This document shows, in pieces, positions 35,775 to 44,471 of a DNA stretch of 52,740 nucleotides. The translations under genes and the position numbers were made by a program. This DNA comes from Armatimonadota bacterium (lineage in GTDB: Bacteria; Sysuimicrobiota; Sysuimicrobiia; Sysuimicrobiales; Humicultoraceae), in NCBI GenBank assembly GCA_037446215.1, contig JBBIJB010000010.1, forward strand, positions 1-52,740, written 5' to 3'. Positions within the stretch are counted from its first letter, which is position 1, and every line of letters begins with the position of its first letter. A model generated the notes under the pieces. It made no database searches and was not told where the DNA came from. It saw only the letters and a program-made list of their open reading frames with translations.

Positions 35775-35802
35775 TTCACAGAAGATTCACATCCCATTCA
35801 CG
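35775..35802 (+). promoter_or_regulatory. Three direct repeats TTCACA-N5-TTCACA-N5-TTCACG with 11-bp periodicity; candidate OmpR/PhoB-family response-regulator box
   Basis: Repeats start at 35775, 35786 and 35797, exactly 11 bp apart. They lie in the divergent intergenic region upstream of the operon that encodes an OmpR-type regulator. Confidence 0.5.
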
Positions 35803-35882
35803 ACCCCTCCATTCCGGCCGGCTAGCTTAGTAGATGGAACGGTTCGTCAGAGGCACGAACGCGAGAGGAGATGAGGTAGACA

Positions 35883-36620
35883 GTGAGAAGCATGGCACGC
35901 GCGATAACGCTATCCCTGGCGGCCGCAGCCGTATTCGCGGTCGCACTACCTGCCTTCGCGCAGGGGTTCGGACCCGGCGGAGGGCCCGGGATGATGCAGC
36001 GCTGGTGGGGGAACCCGGCACAGCCCGGGGCGCAGCCCGCACCTCCCGCACTCCCGATAGACCAGGCGATCACGAGGGCGAGGCAGTACCTGGGTCAGTA
36101 CCGCAACCCCGACCTGGTGCCCTCCGAGATCATCGAGTTCGCAAACGTCTTCTACGTGACGGTCACGGAGAAGTCCACAGGTAAGGGCGCCTTCGGGCTG
36201 CTCGTCGACCGGTACAGCGGCAACGCACGGCCCGAGATGGGGCCTCCGATGATGTGGAACACCAAGTACGGCGGTCACACGTGGGCACCTGGCGGCTTTG
36301 GCGGGTACGGCCGCGGGCCCGGCATGATGGGTCCGCGCGGGCAGTTCCCCGGAACGCGGCCCTCGCCGGGCGCGGCCGGGGCACCGCAGCAGGCGCCCCA
36401 GCTTGATGAGGCCAAGGCGCGCGCCGCGCTTGTGGCCTGGGCAGGCCAGGCGTTTCCCGGCGCGACCGTTGGGAAGGCGATCGAGTTCCCCGGGTACTTC
36501 ACCTTCCGTCTGGTGCGCGATGGGAAGAGTTTCGCCCTCGCGAGCGTAAACAGCTATGGAGGCTGGGTCTGGTACGCTTGGCAGTATGGAGCGGTCGTTC
36601 GAGAGCAAGCGATCCGCTAA
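35883..36620 (+). CDS. Secreted Met/Gly-rich protein with PepSY-like domains
   Basis: GTG 6 nt after GAGG. Signal peptide ITLSLAAAAVFAVALPAFAQG. PepSY-like IDQAITRARQYLGQYRNPDLVPSEIIEFANVFYVTVTEKSTGKGAFGLLVD. Repeated GPGMM / PPMMW motifs. Confidence 0.7.
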   Translation: MRSMARAITLSLAAAAVFAVALPAFAQGFGPGGGPGMMQRWWGNPAQPGAQPAPPALPIDQAITRARQYLGQYRNPDLVPSEIIEFANVFYVTVTEKSTGKGAFGLLVDRYSGNARPEMGPPMMWNTKYGGHTWAPGGFGGYGRGPGMMGPRGQFPGTRPSPGAAGAPQQAPQLDEAKARAALVAWAGQAFPGATVGKAIEFPGYFTFRLVRDGKSFALASVNSYGGWVWYAWQYGAVVREQAIR

Positions 36621-36674
36621 GATCGTCGTGGGCCGATCCGTTGAAGGTGGCTCGACACCAAGGTTGACTGCGAG

Positions 36675-37040
36675 GTGAGGGGTATGAGCGGCAGGGACAT
36701 AGGCATCGTGGCACTTGTGGTAGTGGCCGTGCTCATCCTGCTGCCGCTGCTGGGTGGCATCGGGATGATGGGCAGCTGGCACATGTCCGGGCCGGGCATG
36801 ATGGGCGGACAGTGGTCCGGCGACAGGTGGGGGGGAGGCTGGTCCATGCCCTTCTTCGGGATGATCTTCTGGCTTCTGGTCCTGGCCGGCATCGTGCTGG
36901 TGGTCGTCTCGCTCGCGCGCAGGGGCGCGTCTCCTGAGCAGAAGCCCGCCGACGCTCCCCTGGACATCCTGAGGAGGCGGCTGGCCTCCGGGGAGATCAC
37001 GCGCGAGGAGTACGAGGCGGTCAAGAAGGAACTCATGTGA
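36675..37040 (+). CDS. SHOCT-domain membrane protein with a Met/Gly-rich loop
   Basis: Two TM helices flank GGIGMMGSWHMSGPGMMGGQWSGDRWGGGW. C-terminal SHOCT signature LDILRRRLASGEITREEYEAVKKEL. Start is GTG 36675 or ATG 36684. Confidence 0.75.
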   Translation: MRGMSGRDIGIVALVVVAVLILLPLLGGIGMMGSWHMSGPGMMGGQWSGDRWGGGWSMPFFGMIFWLLVLAGIVLVVVSLARRGASPEQKPADAPLDILRRRLASGEITREEYEAVKKELM

Positions 37041-37345
37041 ACAAGGGTCTGATCGCAGGGCTCATCTTGATAGCGGTCGGCGTCATCGGCCTGGCCGTCC
37101 TCCACGGGTCGGGAGCGGGGCGGGGGTGCTGGTCGTCCGGCCCGGGCGCGCCGCAGGCCCCCGTACGAGGGGCGATCACGATCGAGGTGGAGGCGAGGGA
37201 GTTCGCCTACGAGCCCTCGACCATAGAGGTCAAGGCGGGCCGGCCGTACAGCCTCAGGCTGACAAACAAGGGCGCCTTCTTCTACTGCAGCGTTCCCGGC
37301 CACCGCGAGAGGGGCATGGTCGGCACCCTGTTCGTCTCGCCGTAG
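37037..37345 (+). CDS. Membrane-anchored minimal cupredoxin-like protein
   Basis: GTG overlaps the upstream stop (GTGA). TM anchor GLIAGLILIAVGVIGLAVL. Cupredoxin start ITIEVEAREFAYEPSTIEVKAGRPYSLRLTNKG runs directly into the type-1 Cu loop FYCSVPGHRERGMVGTLFV. Confidence 0.65.
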   Translation: MNKGLIAGLILIAVGVIGLAVLHGSGAGRGCWSSGPGAPQAPVRGAITIEVEAREFAYEPSTIEVKAGRPYSLRLTNKGAFFYCSVPGHRERGMVGTLFVSP

Positions 37346-37361
37346 CGGGCGGCACAGCGCG

Positions 37362-38078
37362 ATGGCCGCGCGGCGCACGGTCCTCGTCGTGGACGACGAG
37401 CCAGAGATCGCCGAGATCGCACGCCGGTACCTAGAGCAGGACGGCTACGCGGTACTCACCGCATCGGACGGCAACGCGGCGATAGAGGCGTTCCACCGCG
37501 AGAAGGTCAGCCTGGTCGTACTCGACCTGATGCTGCCCGGGATCGACGGCTGGGAGGTTGCCCGCCGGATGCGGGCCGCGGGCACGGTTCCGATCATCAT
37601 GCTGAGCGCCCGGGGCGAAGAGGTGGACCGGCTCGTTGGGCTGGGGCTGGGTGCGGACGACTACATCACCAAGCCCTTCAGCCCCCGCGAGTTGGTCGCG
37701 AGGGTGCGTGCGGTGCTGCGCAGGTCGGCGGGCGAAGCAGCAGTGGAGACGCTCGAGGTGGGCGATCTCTCCATCGATCTCGGCCGGATGGAGGTGCGCA
37801 GGGGCGGGGAGGCGGTTGCGCTGACGCCGACGGAGTTCCGGCTGCTCGCGGCGCTCGCCAGGGCTCCCGGTCGTGTGTTTACCCGCCTCCAGCTCATCGA
37901 CCTCGTGCAGGGACAGGCGTTCGAGGGGTATGAGCGGACGATCGACGCGCACGTGAAGAACCTGCGGGCGAAGCTCGAGCCGGACCCGCGCAGGCCCCGG
38001 TACATCCTGACGGTTCACGGGGCCGGCTACAAGCTGGCCGAGCTCGACCGTGCGCCCGACGGGAGGGTAGGCGCGTGA
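37362..38078 (+). CDS. OmpR/PhoB-family response regulator
   Basis: REC domain (VLVVDDEPEIAEI...LVVLDLMLPGIDG...DDYITKPF) plus winged-helix output (LTPTEFRLLAALARAPGRVFTR...RTIDAHVKNLRAKLE...ILTVHGAGYKL). Confidence 0.92.
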   Translation: MAARRTVLVVDDEPEIAEIARRYLEQDGYAVLTASDGNAAIEAFHREKVSLVVLDLMLPGIDGWEVARRMRAAGTVPIIMLSARGEEVDRLVGLGLGADDYITKPFSPRELVARVRAVLRRSAGEAAVETLEVGDLSIDLGRMEVRRGGEAVALTPTEFRLLAALARAPGRVFTRLQLIDLVQGQAFEGYERTIDAHVKNLRAKLEPDPRRPRYILTVHGAGYKLAELDRAPDGRVGA

Positions 38079-38094
38079 CCGAGAGGGACACTCG

Positions 38095-39276
38095 ATGAGC
38101 AGCCTGCAGGTCCGGCTGGTCGCGGCGTTTGCCGCGATCGCGATAGTCTCCGCGGCCGCGGTCGCGGTGCTCACGAGCGCATCGGTCAGGGCGGAGTTCG
38201 ACAGGTACCTGTTCGGGGGACCGCCGGCGGGCCGGATCGCTCCAGATAGGCCGGGCGAAGCGCCCCAGCGGATGCCGCGCATGATGAGCCCGGAGCAGAT
38301 GCGGGCGATGATGAGGCGGGTGATGGGGGCGCCAGAGCTGCGATTCCTGGACCAACTACGCAGGGCCGCGTGGCAGGCCGCCGGGGTCGGTGTCCTGGCC
38401 GCGGTGCTGCTCGGGATCCTGACGGCGCGTTACCTGACAGCTCCGCTTCGGCGGATGTCGGCCGCGGCCGCGCAGGTGGGCCGGGGAGACCTGAGCCAGG
38501 AGGTGCCGGTGCCGCCGGGCGACGAGCTCGGCATGCTCGCGCAGGCGTTCAACGCCATGACCGCGGACCTGCGCCGGCTGGAGCAGAGCAGGCGCCACCT
38601 CGTCGCGGACATAGCGCACGAGCTGGGCACTCCGCTCTCGGTGCTTCAGGCCAATCTGGAGGGGATGCTCGACGGGCTGGTCGAGCCGTCGACCGACCGG
38701 CTCGCCGCCCTTCACACGCAGACGCGCCTTCTGAGCCGGCTCGTCGAGGACCTCCGCGATCTGTCGCTGGCGCAGGCCGGGCGGCTCGTGCTCCGGCTCC
38801 GGTCCGCCGACCTGGAGGCGCTGGTCGCGGACGCGGTCGCCGCCGTGGCGCCCTACGCCTCGGAGAAGAGCATCACCATCAGGAGCGCGCTCTCGGGCGG
38901 GATCCCACACGTCCGGGTAGACCGCGAGCGCATCGCCCAGGTGATCCACAACCTGCTAGACAACGCCATTCGGTATACTCCGGCAGGGGGCACCGTCACC
39001 GTCGGAACGGGCGCGGCGGACCTCGGGGCGGGATCGAGAGAGATCAGGCTGTGGGTCTCAGACACGGGTCCCGGCATCCCGCCCGAGGAGGAGGAGCGAG
39101 TCTTCGAGAGGTTCTACCGCAGCGACCCTTCACGGTCGCGGGCCAGCGGCGGGAGCGGGCTGGGGCTCGCGATCGTCAAATCCCTTGTGGAGGCCCACGG
39201 AGGCCGTGCGTGGGCTTCCGGCAGGCCGGGGGAAGGGAGCACCTTCACCATCGCGCTCCCCCTGCCTACCTCCTAG
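38095..39276 (+). CDS. Sensor histidine kinase (TM - Met-rich loop - TM - HAMP - HisKA - HATPase_c)
   Basis: H-box VADIAHELGTPLS, N-box HNLLDNAIRYTP, G-boxes DTGPGIP and GGSGLGLAIV. The extracytoplasmic loop contains MPRMMSPEQMRAMMRRVMG. Confidence 0.9.
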   Translation: MSSLQVRLVAAFAAIAIVSAAAVAVLTSASVRAEFDRYLFGGPPAGRIAPDRPGEAPQRMPRMMSPEQMRAMMRRVMGAPELRFLDQLRRAAWQAAGVGVLAAVLLGILTARYLTAPLRRMSAAAAQVGRGDLSQEVPVPPGDELGMLAQAFNAMTADLRRLEQSRRHLVADIAHELGTPLSVLQANLEGMLDGLVEPSTDRLAALHTQTRLLSRLVEDLRDLSLAQAGRLVLRLRSADLEALVADAVAAVAPYASEKSITIRSALSGGIPHVRVDRERIAQVIHNLLDNAIRYTPAGGTVTVGTGAADLGAGSREIRLWVSDTGPGIPPEEEERVFERFYRSDPSRSRASGGSGLGLAIVKSLVEAHGGRAWASGRPGEGSTFTIALPLPTS

Positions 39277-40060
39277 CCACCATGATCAGCTCGCCTGGGT
39301 ACCTGGAGCCGTACGGGCTCCTATCGTACCCGGCGTATACCTCCTCAAGCTCGAAGCCGCAACGCGCGAGCAGGTGCTCCGCCTCGTAGCGGAACAGGTA
39401 TCTCATCGCGAACGCGTGGACGAGCTTCTCCCTGGACCCGTCGGGATGGATCACGTGGTACGAGATCTCCGTGTGGCTGACCTGGTTGAAGAGGTCCTTT
39501 GAGACGAGCGTGTGGGATCTGGTCACCCGGCGCCCATCCGGCATCTCGAACTCGGGCTCCCTGCCGAGCTCCACGCCGACACTGTCGCCGGCCAGGATCT
39601 TGAGGGACGGGTTGAAGAGGTCGAGGATCAGCCTCCCGCCAGGCACCAGGTGCCGGTGGATGCCGGCCAGGCACCTAATCTGATCCTCGACAGTCGTGAG
39701 GTGCTGGAAGGGACGGAACGGGACTGTCACCAGGGCGAAGGCCTGCCGGAGGTCGAACTCCCGCATGTCCGCCTCGACCAGCCGCACCCGCGCCCGCACC
39801 TCGTCGGGTTCACAGGCGAGGCGATCGCGGCACACCGCGAGCATGTGCGGGGAGAGGTCCAGCCCGGTTATCTCGAATCCGGCTCTGGCCGTCGGTATCA
39901 GGACCCTTCCCGTGCCGCTGCCTATCTCGAGGAGGGGCCCCCCGTACTCGCGGGCGGCCTCGACGAAGAACTCGACGTCGCCGCGGTTGCCGTAGGGTAC
40001 GACATGGTCGTAGAACTCCGCCACGAAGGCGTACTCGTCGTACCCGCCGGCCCGCTCCAC
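39266..40060 (-). CDS. Class I SAM-dependent methyltransferase
   Basis: The tracked ORF is over-extended. GTG at 40060 overlaps the bfr stop. Motif I LLEIGSGTGRV, ITGLDLSPHML, and post-I/II regions LVPGGRLILD. Confidence 0.8.
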   Translation of the reverse strand: MERAGGYDEYAFVAEFYDHVVPYGNRGDVEFFVEAAREYGGPLLEIGSGTGRVLIPTARAGFEITGLDLSPHMLAVCRDRLACEPDEVRARVRLVEADMREFDLRQAFALVTVPFRPFQHLTTVEDQIRCLAGIHRHLVPGGRLILDLFNPSLKILAGDSVGVELGREPEFEMPDGRRVTRSHTLVSKDLFNQVSHTEISYHVIHPDGSREKLVHAFAMRYLFRYEAEHLLARCGFELEEVYAGYDRSPYGSRYPGELIMVARR

Positions 40061-40527
40061 TAGCCCAACTGCTCGACCAGGTAGTTCTGGATCCCCATCT
40101 GCTTGATCTGGTCGAGTTGCGCCTCGAGCCAGTCGGCGTGCTCCTCCTCGTCCTTCAGGATCGACTCGAGGAGCTCGCGGCTGCCGTTGTCCCCCGCCTC
40201 CGCAGCCAGGCGGACTCCCTCGTTGTAGGCCTTCACGGCCGCCTCCTCGGCGGCCAGGTCGTTCTTGTGCTGGGCCTCGACGTCCGGCCCGATCGTTATC
40301 TTGTTCAGCTTGCTCACTATCGGGGTTCCCTCGAAGAAGAGGATCCGCTCGATCAGCTTCTCGGCGTGCTTCATCTCCCCAATGGCGCGCTTCTCGATCG
40401 CCTTGTGGAGGCGCTCGTACCCCCAGTTGGAGCACATCTCCGAGTGCACCATGTACTGGTTGATGGCCGTCAGCTCATCGGCCAGCAGCGCGTTAAGCGT
40501 GTCTATGACCCTCTTGTCGCCCTTCAT
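40060..40527 (-). CDS. bfr: Bacterioferritin
   Basis: ATG after GAGGAGGAG. 155 aa: MKGDKRVIDTLNALLADELTAINQYMVHSEMCSNWGY... with the haem-ligand Met in IGEMKHAE and ferroxidase E/H residues (DEEEHADWLE). Confidence 0.92.
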   Translation of the reverse strand: MKGDKRVIDTLNALLADELTAINQYMVHSEMCSNWGYERLHKAIEKRAIGEMKHAEKLIERILFFEGTPIVSKLNKITIGPDVEAQHKNDLAAEEAAVKAYNEGVRLAAEAGDNGSRELLESILKDEEEHADWLEAQLDQIKQMGIQNYLVEQLG

Positions 40528-40642
40528 GCTCTCCTCCTCATCGCGCCGGAGTCCGCGGCCCCCTCCACCCGCCGGTGCGAAGTCGCCCAGCCCTCGGTCC
40601 GCTACCCTGTATTTTGACGTGGAGCGCGGTCCACCTTCCGGG

Positions 40643-41707
40643 TCAGTAGAATAGGGCCGATGGGTACTCCCTGCAAAGCGCCCGCCTGAAAGCCGGCATC
40701 TCTCGCCGATGCACCAGGGCAACGATACAGCCCCCGAAGCCCGCACCTGTCAGGCGCGCCCCCAGCGCGCCGCATCTGAGCGCGAGGGAGACGAGCCGGT
40801 CCAGCTCAGGGGTGGAGACGTCGTAGTCGTCCCGGAGGGACTCGTGGGACTCGCTCATCAACCGGCCGAAGGAGTCCGCGTCCGACGACCTGAGGGCGAC
40901 GACGCCGGCCATGACGCGCCGGTTCTCACCCACCACGTGTCGCGCCCGCCTGTCCAGGGGCTCGGGGAGGATCTCCAGGCGCCGCTCCATGCCGGGATCC
41001 TCGGCGGACAGGTCGCGAAGCGCCCCCACCCCCAGCAGCGCGGACGCCCGCTCGCACTCGTCCCTGCGCTGGTTGTAGCCCGCCTCGGCCAGCCTGCGCG
41101 CCACCCCTGAATCCACCACCGCGAAGGCCCACCCGCCCGGGATCGGTATCGCGTCGCTTCTGAGCGTGCGGGTGTCTATGAGCAGGGCCTCACCCGGGCT
41201 GCCCAGAGAGGCGGACAGCTGGTCCATGATCCCGCAGCGCACGCCCACGTACTCCGCCTCGGCCCGCTGGGCGATCAGCGCGATCTGGAGATCGCTGAGG
41301 GGCAGGGTGTAGAGCTCGCGCAGTGCGCGCAGCACGCCGACCTCCAGGGCCGCGGAGCTGGCAAGGCCTGCCCCTGTGGGGACACCCCTGCGGATGAGCA
41401 GCCGTGCCCCGGGGAGGTCGATCCCCTCCCGGCGCAGCGCGTGGAAGCAGCCCGCCACGTAGTCCATCCAGTTGCCCTCGGCCGCTTCGCCGAGCCCCCG
41501 CGACACCATCTCCTCGAAGCGCTCGGCGTAGGCCCGGATGCCGCCCTGGCCAGGCCCTGCCTCGACCCGCGTCGCGTGTGCCAGCGGTGTCGGCAGCACG
41601 AACCCCTCGTTGTAGTCGGTGTGCTCGCCGAGGAGGTTCACCCGTCCCGGGGCCTGCGCGAAGGCCGTCGCGGGAGAGCCGAAGATCGCCTCGAACCCGG
41701 CGGTCAC
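40643..41707 (-). CDS. galK: Galactokinase
   Basis: GHMP kinase. Galactokinase signature GRVNLLGEHTDYNEGFVLP, PTGAGLASSAA, and C-terminal GARLTGAGFGGC. The GTG overlaps the galT stop (GTGA). Confidence 0.9.
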   Translation of the reverse strand: MTAGFEAIFGSPATAFAQAPGRVNLLGEHTDYNEGFVLPTPLAHATRVEAGPGQGGIRAYAERFEEMVSRGLGEAAEGNWMDYVAGCFHALRREGIDLPGARLLIRRGVPTGAGLASSAALEVGVLRALRELYTLPLSDLQIALIAQRAEAEYVGVRCGIMDQLSASLGSPGEALLIDTRTLRSDAIPIPGGWAFAVVDSGVARRLAEAGYNQRRDECERASALLGVGALRDLSAEDPGMERRLEILPEPLDRRARHVVGENRRVMAGVVALRSSDADSFGRLMSESHESLRDDYDVSTPELDRLVSLALRCGALGARLTGAGFGGCIVALVHRREMPAFRRALCREYPSALFY

Positions 41708-42747
41708 CCCATCCGGACTCCCCGCAGCGCCGCCGCCGCGTCCTCGGGTTCGATATCAACGGCGAAAGTCCCGGCGCCCACCTCGGTGCCGGCCAGGTAC
41801 TTGAGCCGGTCGGGACCGCGTGCGAAGGGGTAGAACTCGACATGGAAGTGGAAGTAGGGCTCCTCGCCTCTGGGGGCGGCGTGCAGGGCCATCACGTAGG
41901 GCATAGGCCGGTCGAAGAGCGTGTCGTACCGCGCGACCGTGCGGCCCAGTGCCGCGGCGAGCGAGGCCCTCTCCGGGGCGTCGAAGGTCCACGGCCCAGG
42001 GTGGGCGCGCCTCGGAACCACCCACGCCTCGTACGGGAAGCGGGCGAAGGGAGGCACGACCACGGCCACGTGGTCGTCCTCCTCGACGGTGTGGCTGCCT
42101 CCGTCCAGGCCGAGGATCTCGCTGAGGTTCGTCCCCTGGCGGAACGCCTTGGATTCGCCCTGCAGGACGGGCGGCACGAAAGGGTAGGCGTAGACCTGGC
42201 CGTGGGGATGGTGCAGCGTCACCCCAACGGCCTCCCCCCTGTTCTCGAACGGCATGACGAAGGACACATCCGGGCGCGCGCCCAGCTCTTCGTATCGGTT
42301 CGCCCAGACGCGCACCAGCAGCTCCCTTCTCTCCTGGGAGAGCGTGGCCAGACTGCCCGCATGCTCGGGCGTGTAGACCACGACCTCGCACGCGCCCCCC
42401 ATGCGCCCGGCCCCCTCCGGGATCTCACGCTCGTCCGCGGGCCGGCCCGCGAGCGCCGGGAAGCGGTTCTCGAAGACCGCGATCTCGAAGTCGGCGAAGG
42501 GGATCTCGGTCGGCGGGCTGTCCTCACTCGAGGGGCAGAGCGGGCAGAACTGCGCGGGGGGGAGGAAGGTGCGCTCCTGGCGGGCCGCGGCATACGCGAC
42601 CCACTCCGACCGCAGCGGGTGCCACCGGAGGTGGGGCAGCCCCTCCGGCATCCCTGGGCCCTCATCCAGGGACTGAAGCGTGTTAGGAGCGGCCCCGAAG
42701 AGGAGCAGGCGGCGGCCGTCGGGCTTCTCGTGGCGGCGAACGATCAA
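41704..42747 (-). CDS. galT: Galactose-1-phosphate uridylyltransferase
   Basis: Zinc site CPLCP and active site HPHGQVYAYPFVPP (HxHxQ). TTG start after AAGGGG. Confidence 0.9.
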   Translation of the reverse strand: MIVRRHEKPDGRRLLLFGAAPNTLQSLDEGPGMPEGLPHLRWHPLRSEWVAYAAARQERTFLPPAQFCPLCPSSEDSPPTEIPFADFEIAVFENRFPALAGRPADEREIPEGAGRMGGACEVVVYTPEHAGSLATLSQERRELLVRVWANRYEELGARPDVSFVMPFENRGEAVGVTLHHPHGQVYAYPFVPPVLQGESKAFRQGTNLSEILGLDGGSHTVEEDDHVAVVVPPFARFPYEAWVVPRRAHPGPWTFDAPERASLAAALGRTVARYDTLFDRPMPYVMALHAAPRGEEPYFHFHVEFYPFARGPDRLKYLAGTEVGAGTFAVDIEPEDAAAALRGVRMG

Positions 42748-42756
42748 GCGAGCCCC

Positions 42757-43650
42757 TTACGTCGCTATCCCGAAGATCCTCCGCGCGTTCCCGGAGAGGA
42801 TGAGGGCGCGATCCTCGTCGCTGAGGCCGATGCGGTCCAGCGTGGCCCGCTGCTCGTCCAGGATCTCCTCCCTGAAGCCGCTGAAGAAGGTGGAGTCGGT
42901 GCCGAACATGATCCTCGACGGCCCGTAGACCCGCAGCGTGTCCCTGAACACCTGCTCCAGGCTGGGCTCTCCGGGCAGGTAGAGGCGCCAGTTGTTGGTC
43001 CCGGAGGTATCCACGCAGACGTTCTCCGTGTGATAGGCGATCAGCAGTGTCTCCCGCAGGAAGCCTGCGCCGAAGTGGGCGACGACGAATGTGACGTCGG
43101 GAAACTCCCGGCAGGGCGCCGAGAGGGCCAACGGGTTGGCGTGCATCAGGTCCTGCATCGCCCCCACGGTGACTCCGAAGTGGACGATGACGGGGAGGCC
43201 GCACTCCGCGGCCGCCTCGTAGACAGGGTAGACGATCCTGTCGTTCAGGTGGATGCGCAGCGTGGGCGCGTAGAGCTTCAGCGCCCTGATGCCCATTGAC
43301 GGAAACCTCCGCACCGTGCGCGCCGCGTCCGGATGGGCCGGGTCTATGAGCGACCCGCACCCGATCAGCCGTTCGGGCCGCATCCGGATGAACTCCGCCA
43401 GTTCCTCGTTGGCCTCACCCATCGCTATGAACAGCCCGGCCTGCACGCCCACCGTGTCGAACCGATCGAGCCACATCGCCGCCTGGTCTGCGAGGGTCAC
43501 GCTCTCGAGGTGCGCGATCCGCTCCTGGAAGGTGCGGCCCCTTGCGCGCACCCTCTCTCGCGCGGGCGCCCGATAGGCAGACATCCGATCGAGCATCCGC
43601 CGGAACATGATGGCCGTGTGCAGGTGCAGGTGCGCGTCTATCGTCTCCAT
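42757..43650 (-). CDS. Amidohydrolase-family (TIM-barrel metal-dependent hydrolase) protein
   Basis: N-terminal metal motif IDAHLHLH, later HFGVT...AHFGAGF and C-terminal FGTDS. Confidence 0.8.
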   Translation of the reverse strand: METIDAHLHLHTAIMFRRMLDRMSAYRAPARERVRARGRTFQERIAHLESVTLADQAAMWLDRFDTVGVQAGLFIAMGEANEELAEFIRMRPERLIGCGSLIDPAHPDAARTVRRFPSMGIRALKLYAPTLRIHLNDRIVYPVYEAAAECGLPVIVHFGVTVGAMQDLMHANPLALSAPCREFPDVTFVVAHFGAGFLRETLLIAYHTENVCVDTSGTNNWRLYLPGEPSLEQVFRDTLRVYGPSRIMFGTDSTFFSGFREEILDEQRATLDRIGLSDEDRALILSGNARRIFGIAT

Positions 43651-43659
43651 CCCGCCTCG

Positions 43660-44466
43660 CTACTGGTGGAGGATCTTGGAGAGAAACACCTTGGTCCTCT
43701 CCTCCCTCGGGTTGGTGAAGAAGTGCTCTGGGGACCCCTCCTCGACGATGATGCCCTGGTCCATGAAGGCCATGCGGTCCGCCACCTCGCGCGCGAAGCC
43801 CATCTCGTGGGTGACGACTATCATCGTCATCCCCCCCTCGGCCAGGTCGCGCATGACGTCGCGCACCTCCTGGATCATCTCCGGGTCGAGCGCGGAGGTC
43901 GGCTCGTCGAAGAGCATTATCTTGGGCTGCATAGCCAGGGCCCGCGCGATCGCCACGCGCTGCTGCTGGCCGCCGGAGAGATGCGAGGGATAGGCCGCGG
44001 CCTTCTCGGGGATGCCCACCCGCTCCAGGAGGCCCCGCGCGATCTGCTCGGCGCGCTCGCGTGTCCACTTCCTGACCTGGATCGGCGCCAGCATCACGTT
44101 GTCCAATGCGGTGAGGTGGGGGAAGAGGTTGAACGACTGGAAGACCATCCCGACCTCGCTGCGCACCGCGTCCGCGTTCGCGAAGTCGTCCGTGAGCTCT
44201 ATCCCGTCGACCACGATGCGGCCCGAGCTGTGGGCCTCGAGCCTGTTGATGCACCGGATCATCGTAGACTTCCCCGATCCCGATGGGCCGGCCACGACCA
44301 CGACCTCTCCGGCGCGGACCGACAGATTCACTCCCCGCAGCACGTGTTGGCGGCCGAACCACTTGTTGACGTCCTCGAGGAGTATGACCGGCGATGCCTC
44401 GGGTTTGGCTGGCTGTTCCATCGCTTCCCCTTGAGAGGCCGTCCCATCGCATTTCCCGGCCGTCAT
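43660..44466 (-). CDS. Polar amino-acid-type ABC transporter ATP-binding protein (GlnQ/HisP-like), no cognate permease nearby
   Basis: Walker [11 protein letters not shown]-loop, signature [15 protein letters not shown], Walker [14 protein letters not shown]-loop VVTHEM. Start is ATG 44466 (candidate leaderless) or ATG 44421. Confidence 0.9.
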   Translation of the reverse strand: MTAGKCDGTASQGEAMEQPAKPEASPVILLEDVNKWFGRQHVLRGVNLSVRAGEVVVVAGPSGSGKSTMIRCINRLEAHSSGRIVVDGIELTDDFANADAVRSEVGMVFQSFNLFPHLTALDNVMLAPIQVRKWTRERAEQIARGLLERVGIPEKAAAYPSHLSGGQQQRVAIARALAMQPKIMLFDEPTSALDPEMIQEVRDVMRDLAEGGMTMIVVTHEMGFAREVADRMAFMDQGIIVEEGSPEHFFTNPREERTKVFLSKILHQ

Positions 44467-44471
44467 ACGAC

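Noticed and set aside
41404-43299. A 631-aa plus-strand ORF, plus similar long ORFs at 21091-22617 (-), 28616-30226 (-), 49137-50576 (+), 5016-6335 (+), and three overlapping ORFs at 15597-16806 (+).
   Set aside because: All lie antisense to, or out of frame with, genes that have unmistakable family signatures. Their translations are Arg/Pro/Gly/Ala/Ser-rich low-complexity strings with no motifs. These are typical shadow ORFs of high-GC DNA.
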